Shown piece by piece: positions 13,006-27,060 of a stretch of DNA of 64,000 nucleotides. The notes under the pieces are model-generated. The model had not been told where the DNA came from, ran no database searches, and saw nothing but the letters and a program-made list of their open reading frames with translations. Position 1 is the first letter of the stretch; the number at the start of each line of letters is the position of its first letter. Where the stretch lies: the NCBI RefSeq assembly GCF_009914755.1, contig NC_060947.1. One strand, 5' to 3'. The position numbers and the translations under genes were made by a program. Origin of the DNA: the human T2T-CHM13v2.0 reference genome, Homo sapiens.

Positions 13006-13176
13006 TTAGCAAATAAAAATACAGGACAGCCAGTTAAATTTGAATTTCAGATAAACAATGATTTTTTAAAAATGTATATACCATGCAACATTTGGACCAT
13101 ACTTCTCCTAAACAAATTTGTTATTTATCTAAAATTCAAATTTAACTGGGCCTCCTGTATAGTATCTGACAACCAT
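13006..13176. mobile_element. MER53 palindromic MITE
   Basis: atacaggacagccagttaaatttgaatttcagataaacaa ... ttgttatttatctaaaattcaaatttaactgggcctcctgtat inverted arms. Confidence 0.85.
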
Positions 13177-13399
13177 ATATATATAAAAACATGACCTCAA
13201 AAGTGGCCTATCCAGTAAAAAGGAAATAAAGGAAATATGGCATAGGAAGTTTCATTGCCAGGATTAAAAATATCCTATATATTTTCTGCTTTAAAAAAAT
13301 CACCATCTTGAAGTCACTCACATGTACCCAAGCCAACTTCACAGAGATCTGATGAAATTCATTCTTCCTGTGTCCTAAAAGTAGAAATGGCATGACAAA

Positions 13400-14600
13400 A
13401 ATGTAACATCATTTTTATATAAACATAATTGGGTCTCGGTTATTAGATATATAGACAACTCTACACACATTGAATAGTTGATGCACATTATTTTTAAGCA
13501 CACATGAATTATTAATAAAATATGCCATATATGAAGCTGTAAAGTCGTCCTACACACATTTAGAAGAATCAATAGCTCATAAACCATATTCTCCAACCTG
13601 CGCAATCAAATTAGATATTTAATAACAAAATACATCTTAAAAAGAATATCACATATGAAAAGAAGAAAGATTCAAAGCAAAAATGTGAGAGTGAAAAGGC
13701 AAACCGTGCATTTGGAGAAAATATCTGCAAATATATAAGTAATAAAGAGTGTGTATATATATTCCCACAAATAAATAAGAAATATACAACCCAGTTGAAA
13801 AATGGAAAAAACACATTTTTAAAAAAAGGATATCCAGGTGGCCAATAAACATATGAAAAAGTGCTCAACCTAATCGGTAATCAGAAAAATGGAAATGAAA
13901 TCCATAATAAGATAGCACTTTAGGCATACATATATGAATTTTTACAGTTTGAAAGAATTAATATACTAAGTATTTATAAGGTGCAATTGGGACATAAACA
14001 TTCCTGGTAGACGTGTAAATTGTTAATACTTTAGAAAATGATTTTGGTTGTATCTACAAAGCCAAACATACATATACTTTATGAAATATGAATTCCACTC
14101 CCAGGAATAGATCCAAGAGACCTACACACAATTGCCAAGGCTGTTCACAACAGCAGTATTCATAATAACCAAAAGCTAGAAATAACCCAAATGTCCATGA
14201 ACTATATATGATTAAATAAATTGTGCTACATCAATGCAATGGAATATTACAAGACAATGAGAATGAATAAACCATTGTTACGTGCAGTGGTATAGATGAT
14301 TCACACCAGCAATGCTGAGAGAAAGAAACCAGAAACAAAATAGTACAGAGGACATGATTCATTCAAATAAAGCTCCCCTAATAGCTCAAAACTAATCTCA
14401 TAGCGACAGAGTTACAATAGAGTTTTCCTTCGGGGTACACAGGGCTAGAGATGAGCATGGAGGAGCTTCGTGATGCTGATAAAGTATTTCTCAATCTGGA
14501 TTCTGTTCATGTTGGTTCATACAATGTGAAAATTGAGTAAGAACTATTTTTATGATTTGTATATTTTTGTTATACTTCAATAAAAATTTTATTTAAAAAA
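13400..14600 (+). mobile_element. L1ME-type ORF2 3' end and 3'UTR
   Basis: ggccaataaacatatgaaaaagtgctcaacc; aacccaaatgtccat; ends tatacttcaataaaaa. Confidence 0.75.
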
Positions 14601-14619
14601 CTGTATAATTCTGGCAAAT

Positions 14620-15460
14620 AATATCAGTGGATGCTAAAATTATTAGGTGAAATATTTTGAGGGGCAAGGATATATTAATGCAATTTCAAAGTAACACTTC
14701 ACAGATTGTACATTAATTACAAAGGGGAAATGTTACCTTAGTAAACGAGGAAATACGACAATTCCCACTTAAACCAAGTGGTTAGTCAGTGCGAATTATG
14801 AAGTGACAGACTGGTGTTAGGCACCTCCTGACATAACGTAATGTAACACAACGGAAAATATACAACATCATTTATGTAATGTTCTTGACAGTAATTCTTA
14901 ACCTGTATCGCATCATGAGGAAAAATCAGACAAATCCATATTGTGGACAGTCTTCAGTACAACTGGACTGGACTCAGAAAAATGTCAGTGTCATGAAAGG
15001 CAAAACAGGTAGAAACTGTCCTATAATAAGAAATACTAAAGAGATGTGACAGCCCTTGCACAACTTGTGATCTTTGGATTCTGGACCAACAGACAAAAGA
15101 GCTACAGAGAAAACTTGGGGGACAACCGGGGAAATTTGAATACAAATCATGCACTTGTTAATAGTATTGTATCAATGTTAAATGTTTTACATGAACATGA
15201 TCATGCTTCATTATTGTGTAGGAGAATGTTCTTGTTCTTATGAGATATATTTTGAAGTTTTGGGGGCAAAACAATTTTCACTAGTTCAGCAAAGTTAAAA
15301 ACCTCTTCTTCTCTCTTCTCCCTCCCTCCCTCCCTCTCTCTCTGTCAAATGTTCAAAAATGTATGTTAGTACTTGGTGAAGCTTCATGAAAGTGATGTTT
15401 GTTCTACTATTATTTAAGCTTTTCAGTAGGTTTGAAATTTTTCAAAATAAGAAGTTGAGA
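14620..15460 (+). mobile_element. L1MC4/5-type 3'UTR
   Basis: taattacaaaggggaaa; catcatgaggaaaaatcagacaaatcc; ends tttgaaatttttcaaaataa. Confidence 0.7.
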
Positions 15461-15719
15461 GAGAAAATATTTCTCCAATTGAGAAAAAACAATATGCACA
15501 GTATACCTCACTATACCATCGTATTTCAATTTATAATTATATTTATATATGACTATATATATGTTACCCATACAAGGTGGAAACACATTACATTATTAAC
15601 AATATTTACTCATGGGCAGTAAGCTTATGGGTCACTTAAATTTTCTATGATTATTGTCTTTTTAAATAATAAGCATGTATTACTTTGCAAATTGAATAAA
15701 AAGAAATTTTTTAAAAAAT

Positions 15720-17400
15720 CAACTGAGCATTCGATCCAGGTAACTGGAAAAAAAGAGCAATAGTGCAAACTCACATGAAGACAATTTTTAAAATAATAAA
15801 GATAAAGGCAGAAATTAATGATAGACAAATACAAATGCTAGAGAATATTAATAGAAGAGAAAGCTGGTTCTCTGAAAACATTAACTAAAAGGACAGATGT
15901 TTTAGCAAGTCTGATTTCTACCAAAAAGTGAAAAAATATAGATAAATAAGTATGTAAAAGAGAAAACAAGCACAAAAATACACATTTAAAATAAATGATA
16001 TGAAACATAGAGGAAATGTATAAATCATTAGAAAACATAAAACACTAATATTGATGGAAGAGGAAATAAAAAATTAAGTAGATGAACATCCTTTAAATGA
16101 GTTGAAATGGTAGTCAAAACCCCCCCTAGGGAAAATATAATAATAATAATGTCTAACAGGATATATACAGGAAATCTCTGTACCCTGTGCTTGATTTTGC
16201 TGTAAACCTGGAACTCCTGTAAAAAATAAAGTGTCTTAAAAACATAATGCCCATGTTAACAGTGAGATAATTTTACAGGTGAATTATGCTGAAGGATAAA
16301 ACAACCGTTACTTCTAATCATATGCATAATGTTCTAGGGAACAGAAATCACGTCAAAGCTGCCAAAAAAACTTTACCTTGTAACCCTAATGTTGATTATA
16401 AAACCAGATGACAATAAAATAAAAATATACATACTTTTCAGTCATGAATCCAGATGCAAAGATCCTAAATAAAATATGAGCTGAAAAAATCCACAGTGCA
16501 AGATGAGTACAATGCATGATTAATAAGTAGGATTTTTACCTGGGAATATAATTATATATTAATATAACAAATAACTACGATTTAAAATATCAACAGACTG
16601 AAGAAAAAGTCATATGTTGATTTCTGTGCAAATAGGTTGAAAACGTATCGATGATATCTCTTCTTCCACAAGTGTGCCAATTATTCTTAGGTTTGGTTGT
16701 TTAACATAATCCCAGACTTCTTGAAGGCTTTGTTCGTATTTTCTTATTCTTTTTTCTTTGTCTTTGTTGGATTGGGTTAATTTGACAACCTTGTCTTCGA
16801 GCACTGAAGTTCTTTCTTTTGATTGTTCGATTCTATTGCTGAGGCTTTGCAGAGCATTTTGCATTTCTATAAGTGTGTCCATTGTTTCCTGAAGTTTTCA
16901 TTTGTTATTTATGTTATCTATTTCACTGAATATTTCTCCCTTCACTTCTTGTATCATTTTTTTTTATTTCCTTACACTGGGCTTTGCCTTTCTCTGGTGC
17001 CTCCCTGATTAGCTTATTAACTAGCCTTCTGAACTCTTGTTCAGGTAAATGAGGGATTTCTTCTAGGTTTGGATCCATTGCTGGTGAGCTAGTGTGATTT
17101 TTTTAGGGGTGTTAAAAAACCTTGTTTTGTCATATTACCAGAGTCGTTTTTCTGGTTCCTTCTCATTTGTGTAGGCTCTGTCAGAGGGAAGGTCTAGGAT
17201 TCAGGGCTGTTTTTCAGATTCCTTTGTCCCACGGGATGTTTCCTTGATGTAGTGCTCTCCTCCTTTTCCTAGGGATGTGGCTTCCTGAGAGCCGAGCTGA
17301 TAAAAACAAAATTCTTAACAATGTGTGAAATTGTAGAAACCTCCCTAACTTTGTAAAAATTACATGCCAAAAACCTAGAGTAAACATCACTTAAATGAAA
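15720..17400 (+). mobile_element. Ancient L1M ORF2 (interrupted at 16652-17299)
   Basis: agctggttctctgaaaa; catgaatccagatgcaaagatcctaaataaaat; resumes ataaaaacaaaattcttaac. Confidence 0.65.
16652..17299 (-). mobile_element. Internal L1PB-like fragment (ORF1 N-terminal/coiled-coil region)
   Basis: ORF 16610-16882 gives EMQNALQSLSNRIEQ...EQSLQEVWDYVKQPNLRIIG, which is L1 ORF1p. Confidence 0.9.
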
Positions 17401-17404
17401 AAAT

Positions 17405-17553
17405 ATTATAGTAACATCTTGCAAAACTATAGTACAATATCACAACCAGGAAATCAACATTGGTAAAATCCAATGACCTTATTCAAATTTCACCACTTTT
17501 ATATGCATTCGTGTGTGTTTTTGTGTGTCTTTTTAGTTCTGCGCAATTTATAT
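17405..17553 (-). mobile_element. L1MD-type 3'UTR fragment
   Basis: aacatcttgcaaaactatagtacaatatcacaaccaggaaat. Confidence 0.65.
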
Positions 17554-18039
17554 GATCAGGGAGAAAACACATGTTCACAAGTACTAGTGTTTAACATATC
17601 ATATGAAATAATTGCCAATTCTGTAAGGAAATAAATCAAATGAAAGATATAATTGAGGAAAACATGTGTGAGTTTCAGCTGTCAATGAATAGCCTTGCAT
17701 ATTAAGTGCAAAACTCACTTCATTTCTTAGGCAAAAATTTTAACTATAACTTTTTTTACCTTTTAATTTAAATTGGTTGCATGATAAACTATTTTCAAGA
17801 CACTAAAAACAGTATTTTAGTATAAGGAAATGTTCCTTCATCAAGTAAATGGTTTTCATAATGTAAAAAAAAATTGAAGAACAACTGTCAAAAATTTCCA
17901 TCTGATATGTTCATCTACTCAGAAATAAATATGAAAATTAACATACAAGATATACTAGATGTAAGATTACAGTTTAATAAAATGAAACCTCTGCATTGTT
18001 TTAATTCACTTCTTAATGGAGAAAGACAGTAATTGTATT

Positions 18040-19190
18040 TCCCATGGTGATAAGTGCTATAAAAAAGAAACAGATTAAGGGGGTATGGAAAAATGGCGAG
18101 TGATCCCTATTTACATAGGATGGCCTGAGAAGGTGATATTTCAAAAGAGACTTGAGGAAGGTGCAGATTTGGGGCTTGGGGTGTGGGAAAGAGGTGGGGA
18201 AGCATTTCAGACACAGAGAACAGACAATACAAAGGCCCTAAGGTGGAAGCTTGTCTGATGTGTCCCAGAAACAGCAGATAACAAGTGTGATTGGGCTAGA
18301 ATAATTCAAGATTAATAATGGTAAAGGATATATACCCAGGAGTGGGATTGCTGGATCAACTGTGGTGGTGGTTACATGAATGCACATGTGATGAGATTTC
18401 ACAGAATTAAATATACACAAAACCACACATAGGAATGTATGTAAAGCTGGTGAAATCTGAATAAAGTTACTAGATTTTACCAAAGTTGATTTCCTGGTTG
18501 TGGTATTGTATTATACCTATGCAAGATATTACCATTAGGAAAAACTGAATTAAGAGTTAACAAGGTCTCCCAGAATTATTTATTACCATTGCCTATAAAT
18601 CTGCAACTACCTCCAAATAATGATTTTTTTTTTTTAAGAAAAGGAAAGAATTGTATAAAGCTGGAGATTTGGGATATCCTTTTACATTCGAGCTTATAGA
18701 TTTAATGATATGTTGCATGTAGACTGTGAGATAGATTCTCAAGGACAGTCCTAAGTTTCGGGGCCCTGATAAGTGGATGAATAGGATGGTTCCACTTACG
18801 AAGAAGAAAAACAGTGAGGACAGTCCAGGTTTAGAGACTAGTGAATTTTGTTTTGAACATGTTAAATTTGAGATACTTAGCACAGCTTCAAGAAAAGAAA
18901 TAAGGGGGATATAGCAATCGAGTATAGGGAGAATGTTGGAAGTAGAAAGAAACTGCAAAAGTCATTGGTGAACTTCACAAGAGTTGTTTTGGTTGAGTGG
19001 CGGAATCAAAAGTCTGACAGACATGTGTTCTAGAAGAAACAAAAGAGAAGGGTTTCAACAATGTTTGAACTAGTTGGGAGAGATCAATGAAGAATTTTTG
19101 GATTTGTTTGTGTTTGATGAATGTTAATACAAACTATTTGTATTATGTTGGATTTTGCCCAACAGAGAAAAAACTGATGATGATTGATGA
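18040..19190 (-). mobile_element. L2 fragments (interrupted by L1 pieces)
   Basis: agcatttcagacacagagaacagacaatacaaaggccctaagg; ttttgaacatgttaaatttgagat. Confidence 0.65.
18360..18620 (+). mobile_element. L1MD-type 3' end
   Basis: tgtaaagctggtgaaatctgaataa; ttcctggttgtggtattgta; tgcaagatattaccatt. Confidence 0.7.
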
Positions 19191-19555
19191 TCAATAATTA
19201 ATTTGCTTTTATGCTTGGATAATAATTTAATTTTCAGCTACGGTTATTCTGCTCTTTGATTTTATATATGCATATTTTTTTCCTCAATGTGTCCCTTTAC
19301 CTCTTCAACCTCCCTGTTTAAATCATTCTGATGTTTTGTCATCTTGCTTTAAGTATCTGATTTGCTGGATTCATGTTCTTACTAATTTTATAGTGAGAGG
19401 CAGTTGCTGGGAACATTCTTTTATTGGAGATCACTGTTTTGCATACTTAAGTGATTTATATTTGCATATTTCCCATGAATATACGTTCATCTTCCTCACA
19501 TATAAGCAGCTTGGTTTAGACTTCCTTTCCTTTTAAATATATTTTGTTTATTCCT

Positions 19556-19917
19556 TACTATAGACTGAATGTTCGTGTCCCTCCAAAACTCATATGTTTA
19601 ATCTATACCTTCCAATGTGATAATATAAGGTGGGGACTTAGGAGGGTAATTAGTATTAGATTAGGTTATGACCGTGGAGCCCTAAGGAATGAGATTAATT
19701 CCCTTATAAGCTTCATGAGAGAGATTGCTTTCTTTCTCTCATTCCACCACATGAGTCAGCAGTCTGCAATCCAGAAGAGAGGCTTCACCAGAACCTGACC
19801 ATCCTGGCACCCTGATCTTGGTCTTCCCAGCCTCAAGAACTGTGAGAAATAAATCTGTTGTCTATAAGCTACCCAGTCTATGATGCCTTGGTATAGCATG
19901 CTAAATGGATTAGAACA
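19556..19917 (+). mobile_element. MLT1A MaLR solo LTR
   Basis: tactatagactgaatgttcgtgtccctccaaaactcatatg...aactgtgagaaataaatctgttg...ttagaaca. Confidence 0.9.
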
Positions 19918-21594
19918 TCCTTTTTGATTCAATAATTTAATTGTACATCTTATCTGTCTGGCTCCTGAAAGCACTGGAATTTGCTAGCTATGGCTTAATG
20001 TAGCTAGTTTTAATGAAGTGTTTGTTGTTCCAACATAATTTGTTAAATAATCCATCACAACATTATAAAATACCACCTTCATTTAAATGAAATCATCATA
20101 CAAACTTGGCTCTTTCTGTATTTATTACTCCTTTGAGGTGTTTTCTCTGTCTTTTCTATCATTGCACCAAACCTTTAGGATGATTTTATTACTAAGCTAT
20201 TTTTAAATATCTGTTAATAGAAGTCATCATTTATTACTATTCAATTTTAGGATTTTATTGGTTAATTTCATACAAATAGTATTCTAGGAGAACTTGAAAT
20301 AATTTCATCAAGTTTTTAAAATGCTTTTGGAGTTTTAATTGGAATTACATAAAATTTATGTTTAATTTGGAGAGACCTAACATCTTATTAATTTTTATTC
20401 CTGGAGCTGTTTTCATTCCTTTTTTGAATTAGGGCTACTAGAGCATTTATAGCCGGTTTTTTTGGTCAAAAATAGCAGCTCAAATTAATTCAACCAATCT
20501 AATGCATATTTTGATATAATATTAATGCATTTAGCATTTCATATCTTTTCACCTTCTCTAGGTTTATCTTGCTTTTTTTAGCTTCTTGAGTTAAATGATT
20601 TGCTTGCATTATTTCTCTTTGATAAGTAAGTATCTAAGGACATAAAATTCCCTCTGAGAGCATCTTTATTTTTTTCAGTTCATTGCTGTGTAGTGAGGGG
20701 CTAGAAAGCTAATTTGGAGGCTATTAGCACCTATTTTGCTAGAAAAGGCGTATTTCCAAAGAAAGGGTGACAGGAGATATTTAAAATAAAAAGTCAAGAA
20801 ATCTAGGCTATTTTCAGTTCAAAATGATATCTGGCAAACAAATCAAGAGGCAGCTTCTCCCGGTCAGCCAGTAAAGTAACAAGGAAAAAATACAAAAAGT
20901 TAAAAATGAACTGCTCTAAAACCTAAGACTGACACTATTATGAGTATCTGTAAGGAATTTTCAACTGAGTTGGAGTAGGATGAGAAGGAAAAAAAATGCT
21001 TGTCCTTTCCATGTTTTACTTTGGGAAATGGGAGAATACCACATCTCAAAAAAGAATAAAAAGAGCTTATTATCTCCACTGTGATATGTGCTCTGACTCC
21101 CATACATAGGATCTATACCTACAAGAAAACTAAACGGCTCATCTTGATTTTAGAAACAGATCATTTCAAAATAAAATGGGAACACTGTCCTAAAGACTCA
21201 AAAGTACTTAAAAGAAATGATAATTACATAAGTATGTTTCACTTATAATACTTCTCTAAGATTCACAATTATGAACTGTATATTTTTTTTGTATTTATAG
21301 CATATGTTAAGAAAAACATTAAGAAGCAAAAGTAATGCATGTTTATTAAAAATTTAAAGACTACAGAAAATATGTAGGAGAAATTTAAAAAGCCATAATC
21401 CTGCCACCAGAGATATCTACTAAGATATATTGATTTGATTCCTTTCAGTATCCTTTCTGTGTACACATACACAGACTCACATGCACATATGTGTAAATAC
21501 AGATGTGTGTGTATGTAAACTGTGTATTAGGTAGACATATAAATTCATTAATTCAACAAATATTCTTGAGTGCTAACCAGGTGATGCCCTAGAC

Positions 21595-21860
21595 CAGGAG
21601 TTGACAGACTATGGCCCATATGCCAAAACTAGCCTCTATGGCATACTGTCTGTTTTTGTAAATAGTGTTTTATTTAAACACAGCCCTTTCATTTTCACAC
21701 TTACTGATTTACATATTGTCTGTGGTAGATTTCATGCTACAATAGCAGAGTTAAGTAATTGTACGGAAGATTGTATGGATTGCAAAGTCTAAAACATTAA
21801 ATATCTTGCTCTTGACAAAACAAACAAACAAAAAAAAAACAACAACAAGCACCAACTCCT
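21595..21860 (+). mobile_element. MER58A hAT element
   Basis: caggagttgacagactatggcccat...tgtttttgtaaatagtgttttatt...gctacaatagcagagttaagta. Confidence 0.8.
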
Positions 21861-22072
21861 TATCTATGCTCTAAGGGACAATAATGAACAAAGGAACGTC
21901 TTGGCCTCCCAGGACTTACAGTCTGAAAAGGAATATAGACAGTAAACAGGTAGGTTTATATGGTTAATGTCTGGTAGCGATACAGACTATCAAGAAAGAT
22001 AAATATGGGTGCAGAGTACTAAGGGTCACAATTCTAGACATGGTGGTCTGAGAAGGTCTTTCTAATTAGGTA

Positions 22073-22516
22073 AATAGCAAAGACTTGGAACCAACCCAAA
22101 TGTCCAACAATGACAGACTGGATTAAGAAAATGTGGCACATATACACCATGGAATACTATGCAGCCATAAAAAATGATGAATTCATGTCCTTTGTAGGGA
22201 CATGGATGAAATTGGAAACCATCATTCTCAGTAAACTATCGCAAGAACAAAAAACCAAACACCGCATATTCTCACTCATAGGTGGGAATTGAACAATGAG
22301 ATCACATGGACACAGGAAGGGGAACATCACACTCTGGGGACTGTTGTGGGGTGGGGGGAGGAGGGAGGGATAGCATTGGGAGATATACCTAATGCTAGAT
22401 GACGAGTTAGTGGGTGCAGCGCACCAGCATTGCACATGTATACGTATGTAACTAACCTGCACAATGTGCACATGTACCCTAAAACTTAAAGTATAATAAA
22501 ATAAAATAAAATAAAA
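22073..22516 (+). mobile_element. Young L1PA2-type 3' end, 5'-truncated
   Basis: ORF2 C-terminus WIKKMWHIYTMEYYAAIK...SLIGGN; 3'UTR gatgacGAGttagtggg (not the Ta ACA); (AAAAT)n tail. Confidence 0.92.
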
Positions 22517-22869
22517 AGAGTGGAGTAGATCCCTGAAGAAGTGAATAAGTGAACCATGCAAATGTCTGGGGCAAGAGCAATTGAGACAAAAAGAAAGGCA
22601 CATATATTGTCACTAAGGTGGATGAGCACCAAGTGTGTTTAGGGAAGATCAAAGAGGCACATGTGGGTGGAGTGCAGGAAGGAGAAGAAGAGCAGTAAAT
22701 GAGGATGGAAAGGTAAGCTGGGGTCAGGACATGGAGAGCTCCTTATGCCATAGTAATGAGTTTTGGTTTCATTTCAATTATGGTAGAAACCCAGCAGAAG
22801 GCTTGATTAGGGAAGCGATGTGATCTGACTTATAAATATCTGCATATATTTTAATATTTGTGCACTAGT

Positions 22870-23095
22870 GTTACACAGAAGGCAAAAGCATGACGTCTTG
22901 GAGTATAACACACCTGATTCAAATCCTAGCTTGGCACTTGCTATATGAATGACAATAGGCATGTTATATGAACTCCTTAGGCTTCGTTTTTCTCAACTGC
23001 ATCATGAGGTTAACAATATCTACCCCATATGATTGTTATTAAATATATATTCCAATGTTTGATATACAATATATGTTTAATAAACAGTAGCAATG
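22870..23095 (+). mobile_element. MIR
   Basis: ttcaaatcctagcttggcacttgcta...ataatctaccc-like core and tail. Confidence 0.65.
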
Positions 23096-23135
23096 GCTAT
23101 AATTTGTCTGTATACATCAGATATAATGAAAATGC

Positions 23136-23760
<625 letters not shown>

Positions 23761-25217
23761 CAAATATGCTTTGGTTAAAAGTAGGAAAAAGTGCTCCTTT
23801 TTCAAGACACTTCTCTTTGGTCTGTTAGAAAATAAACTGACTTCGCTAGAACAAGACATTTTACTGGCATGAATTTTTAAATCATTACTTGAAATACAGT
23901 GAAACATGATATTTTAATTTGCATTTACTTGACTACTCATGAAATTATGTTTCCTTATACCCTAGCTGATTATCAATGATTTGCTGTTCAATCCGTTAAT
24001 CATCTTTTTCATGTTTTTCGGTCTATTATTCTACTGTATTTTCTTTTGTGTTTCCCATTAATTGTGGACAGTCCCTCTACATTGTGATTTTAACTCTTCT
24101 TCATAACCTTGATAAATATTTTTGCAGATTTTTTGTAACTTAACATGATCATTCCTGCACAATAATTAAAGCATCAATCATTCCAAGTAGAGGTAAAAAC
24201 AAGTATTTTGGCAGAGCTAGAGAACGGAGTTTTGCAAGGGGAGGTGGTGACAAGTGGAGGAACAGAGAGAAGCATGCAAAACACTGTAACATGTTGAGCC
24301 TTGTATTCTTAAGGGATCCTGATTTTATTCTATAAATACAATTCTATAAACACAAAAAGAATACAATTCTGTGGAGTGAGACTAAGAAACAATGTGAAAG
24401 TGGGAGGTGACATTCTCAGATTGAGATTATCCAGACAGCAGTGTAGAAAATAAACAGGTAAGGGGGCTAATATATCCATATCATAGATTAACCTGTCTCT
24501 CAATGCAGCAGCTATTCACATTAGCAAAAAAAAAAAAAAAAAAAAAAAAAAATCAACGAACAACAGAGCATCCCTTAGACTGTGGCTAATGACGAGAGCC
24601 AGAGGAAATCTCTGCTTCCTGCCAGCCACCATATTCAGCAACACTTAGTAGTACCTACAGCATCAATTGTGGTAGCATCAGTGGCACCTGTACCAAGAAC
24701 AGCATTTGCAGCAACAAACAGTCAGGCAAGAACTGGCATGGGGTCATTTTTACATTTGGTGGTACTTAAGCAGAAAGTGCCAAAGGAAAAAGTAAATTTT
24801 TATTAGGCTCTTGAGATATGATAGTAGAGCTTCTGATGTGAAACATCTTTGGAGAACTTTTGTGACACAGCTCCTGATAGAGTTTTGGCCTCAAACTATA
24901 AAATCTTGTATGTATTGATCTCAACAATATTACTTTATGAACGCTATGCATTTGAGTTTTTATTTTCTTATTGTCTTATCATTGCCTTAGCAATGCATTT
25001 ACAACTTTTGTGATTCAATTCATATTTTATGGCAGTGTTGACAAAGAATGTAGTCTATACTACTCCTATTTGTAATATTGGTTTCCTTGTGGCTTAATAA
25101 ATGATCAACTTTTGTTAAGATTATATGGTTATTTGAGAATAAAGGATGATTTCTACTTGTCATATGAATCTGTCATATCATCAATATAGTGAATGCTTCT
25201 TTTAATCTAAATTACTG

Positions 25218-25509
<292 letters not shown>

Positions 25510-26210
25510 ATGGTGTCCAACTATTTACTGTTAATTTTCACGAGTAATTTTATTGGAGTATGCTATTGTAGATAGCATATAGTTGGGCTTTATATCCTGA
25601 CCTAGTCTGATAAACTGTTATTTTAATTTGTGAATGTATCTAATATGAATAAGATCACATACTTATTATCAATATTTTCTGGTTTTTTTGTACTTTCTTG
25701 CTTATCCTTTTGTTCTTAATCTTTTAATTTTATGGTATGTTTTCCTTATTGTTGTCTCCCTATCCCACCCACAATTAATTTAGAAGGTAGGTAGTAAGCT
25801 TTTAGTTTTACTAGTTGTTATTTTAGCTTTTGAAATAATATTTAAACCTTCATTTTTAATTATAAACATTAATAATAGCCATTTCTAATGATTTCCCCTA
25901 GCTAAGTTGACAAAATTAGCACATTCATCTTTGCACCATCCCCCTACCCGACTTCTCACACTTCTCAGTTTTTGTTGCTTGTGATCTGGAAATTGTGTCC
26001 CAGTTTCATATTATTACATTATTTTTTCATTATGTATTGTCTTTTTCAAGAATTATATTTGCATTGTTTTAGAAGCAAATTTACATATTAATTTTTATTT
26101 AAATATATGTTTTAATCATGTCTCAGCTGGCCAGTTTATTTTTTCAAATATGCTTTTTAATAAGCAGATATAAGGCCATCCAGCCTTTTTTCCATCTGTA
26201 GATAACCTAA

Positions 26211-26394
<184 letters not shown>

Positions 26395-26859
26395 GATAAC
26401 CTAATTTTCTACTTATATGCCTATAGGATTATTTATCTTCAAAAATCAGAAATTTGACCTAATGTATTGTAGATGTAAGTTTTTCTTATTAATGATACCT
26501 CATCCATGGTAAGCCCTTTTGATTTGCAGATGCAGCTCTCTGTTCAGTAAAAATGAATTTAATTATATTCTTAAAACATGACTCAAAATGTCCCCAAGTT
26601 TTACCTTCCTTTAGGTATGAATAAGGTCACATTCATATTAATACTAAAATCTTGCTAGCTCCAAGTTCCCAACACCAAACATAAGTGTATGGTCCCTCCC
26701 TCTGAGCTGTGATTAGTTTAGGGCAAGAGTCCCACAGCAACATTCTTTGAATGCTGAAGTGTAAATATTTACTGAGGGAGAGCTACCAGTTAACAAACAG
26801 CTTCTTTTCTCTTGTTCACATGAACAAACATGACACCATGGCACTTCCAGAAAACCAGA

Positions 26860-27060
26860 GCTGCTCTGACATCAAGCTCTAGCCCTGTTTCTTCACTCTG
26901 TGTGAATTTAGGCAAGATATTGACAGCTTTAAATGTCAGTATCTTCAATTGTAAAATTTAGATAATAAAGAAAACTTAACCATAAAGTCATCTTAAAGAC
27001 ATAATGAATCAATACATACTTAACATTGAGCACACTAAATTGCAAACACTACACAAACAC
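26860..27060 (+). mobile_element. MIR
   Basis: ctgtgtgaatttaggcaag...tcagtatcttcaattgtaaaat. Confidence 0.6.

Larger units (their letters stand above)
21540..22830 (-). mobile_element. L2 3' end (host of MER58A and L1PA2)
   Basis: attcattaattcaacaaatattcttgagtgct L2 tail; continues at 21862-22072 and 22517-22830. Confidence 0.7.

Noticed and set aside
17405-18540. Inverted repeat between 17405-17553 and ~18390-18535
   Set aside because: Explained by two diverged L1MD-type 3'UTR pieces in opposite orientation.
24525-24552. Long poly(A) run as a possible retrocopy tail
   Set aside because: No poly(A) signal, TSD or recognisable upstream body; probably an expanded A tract.
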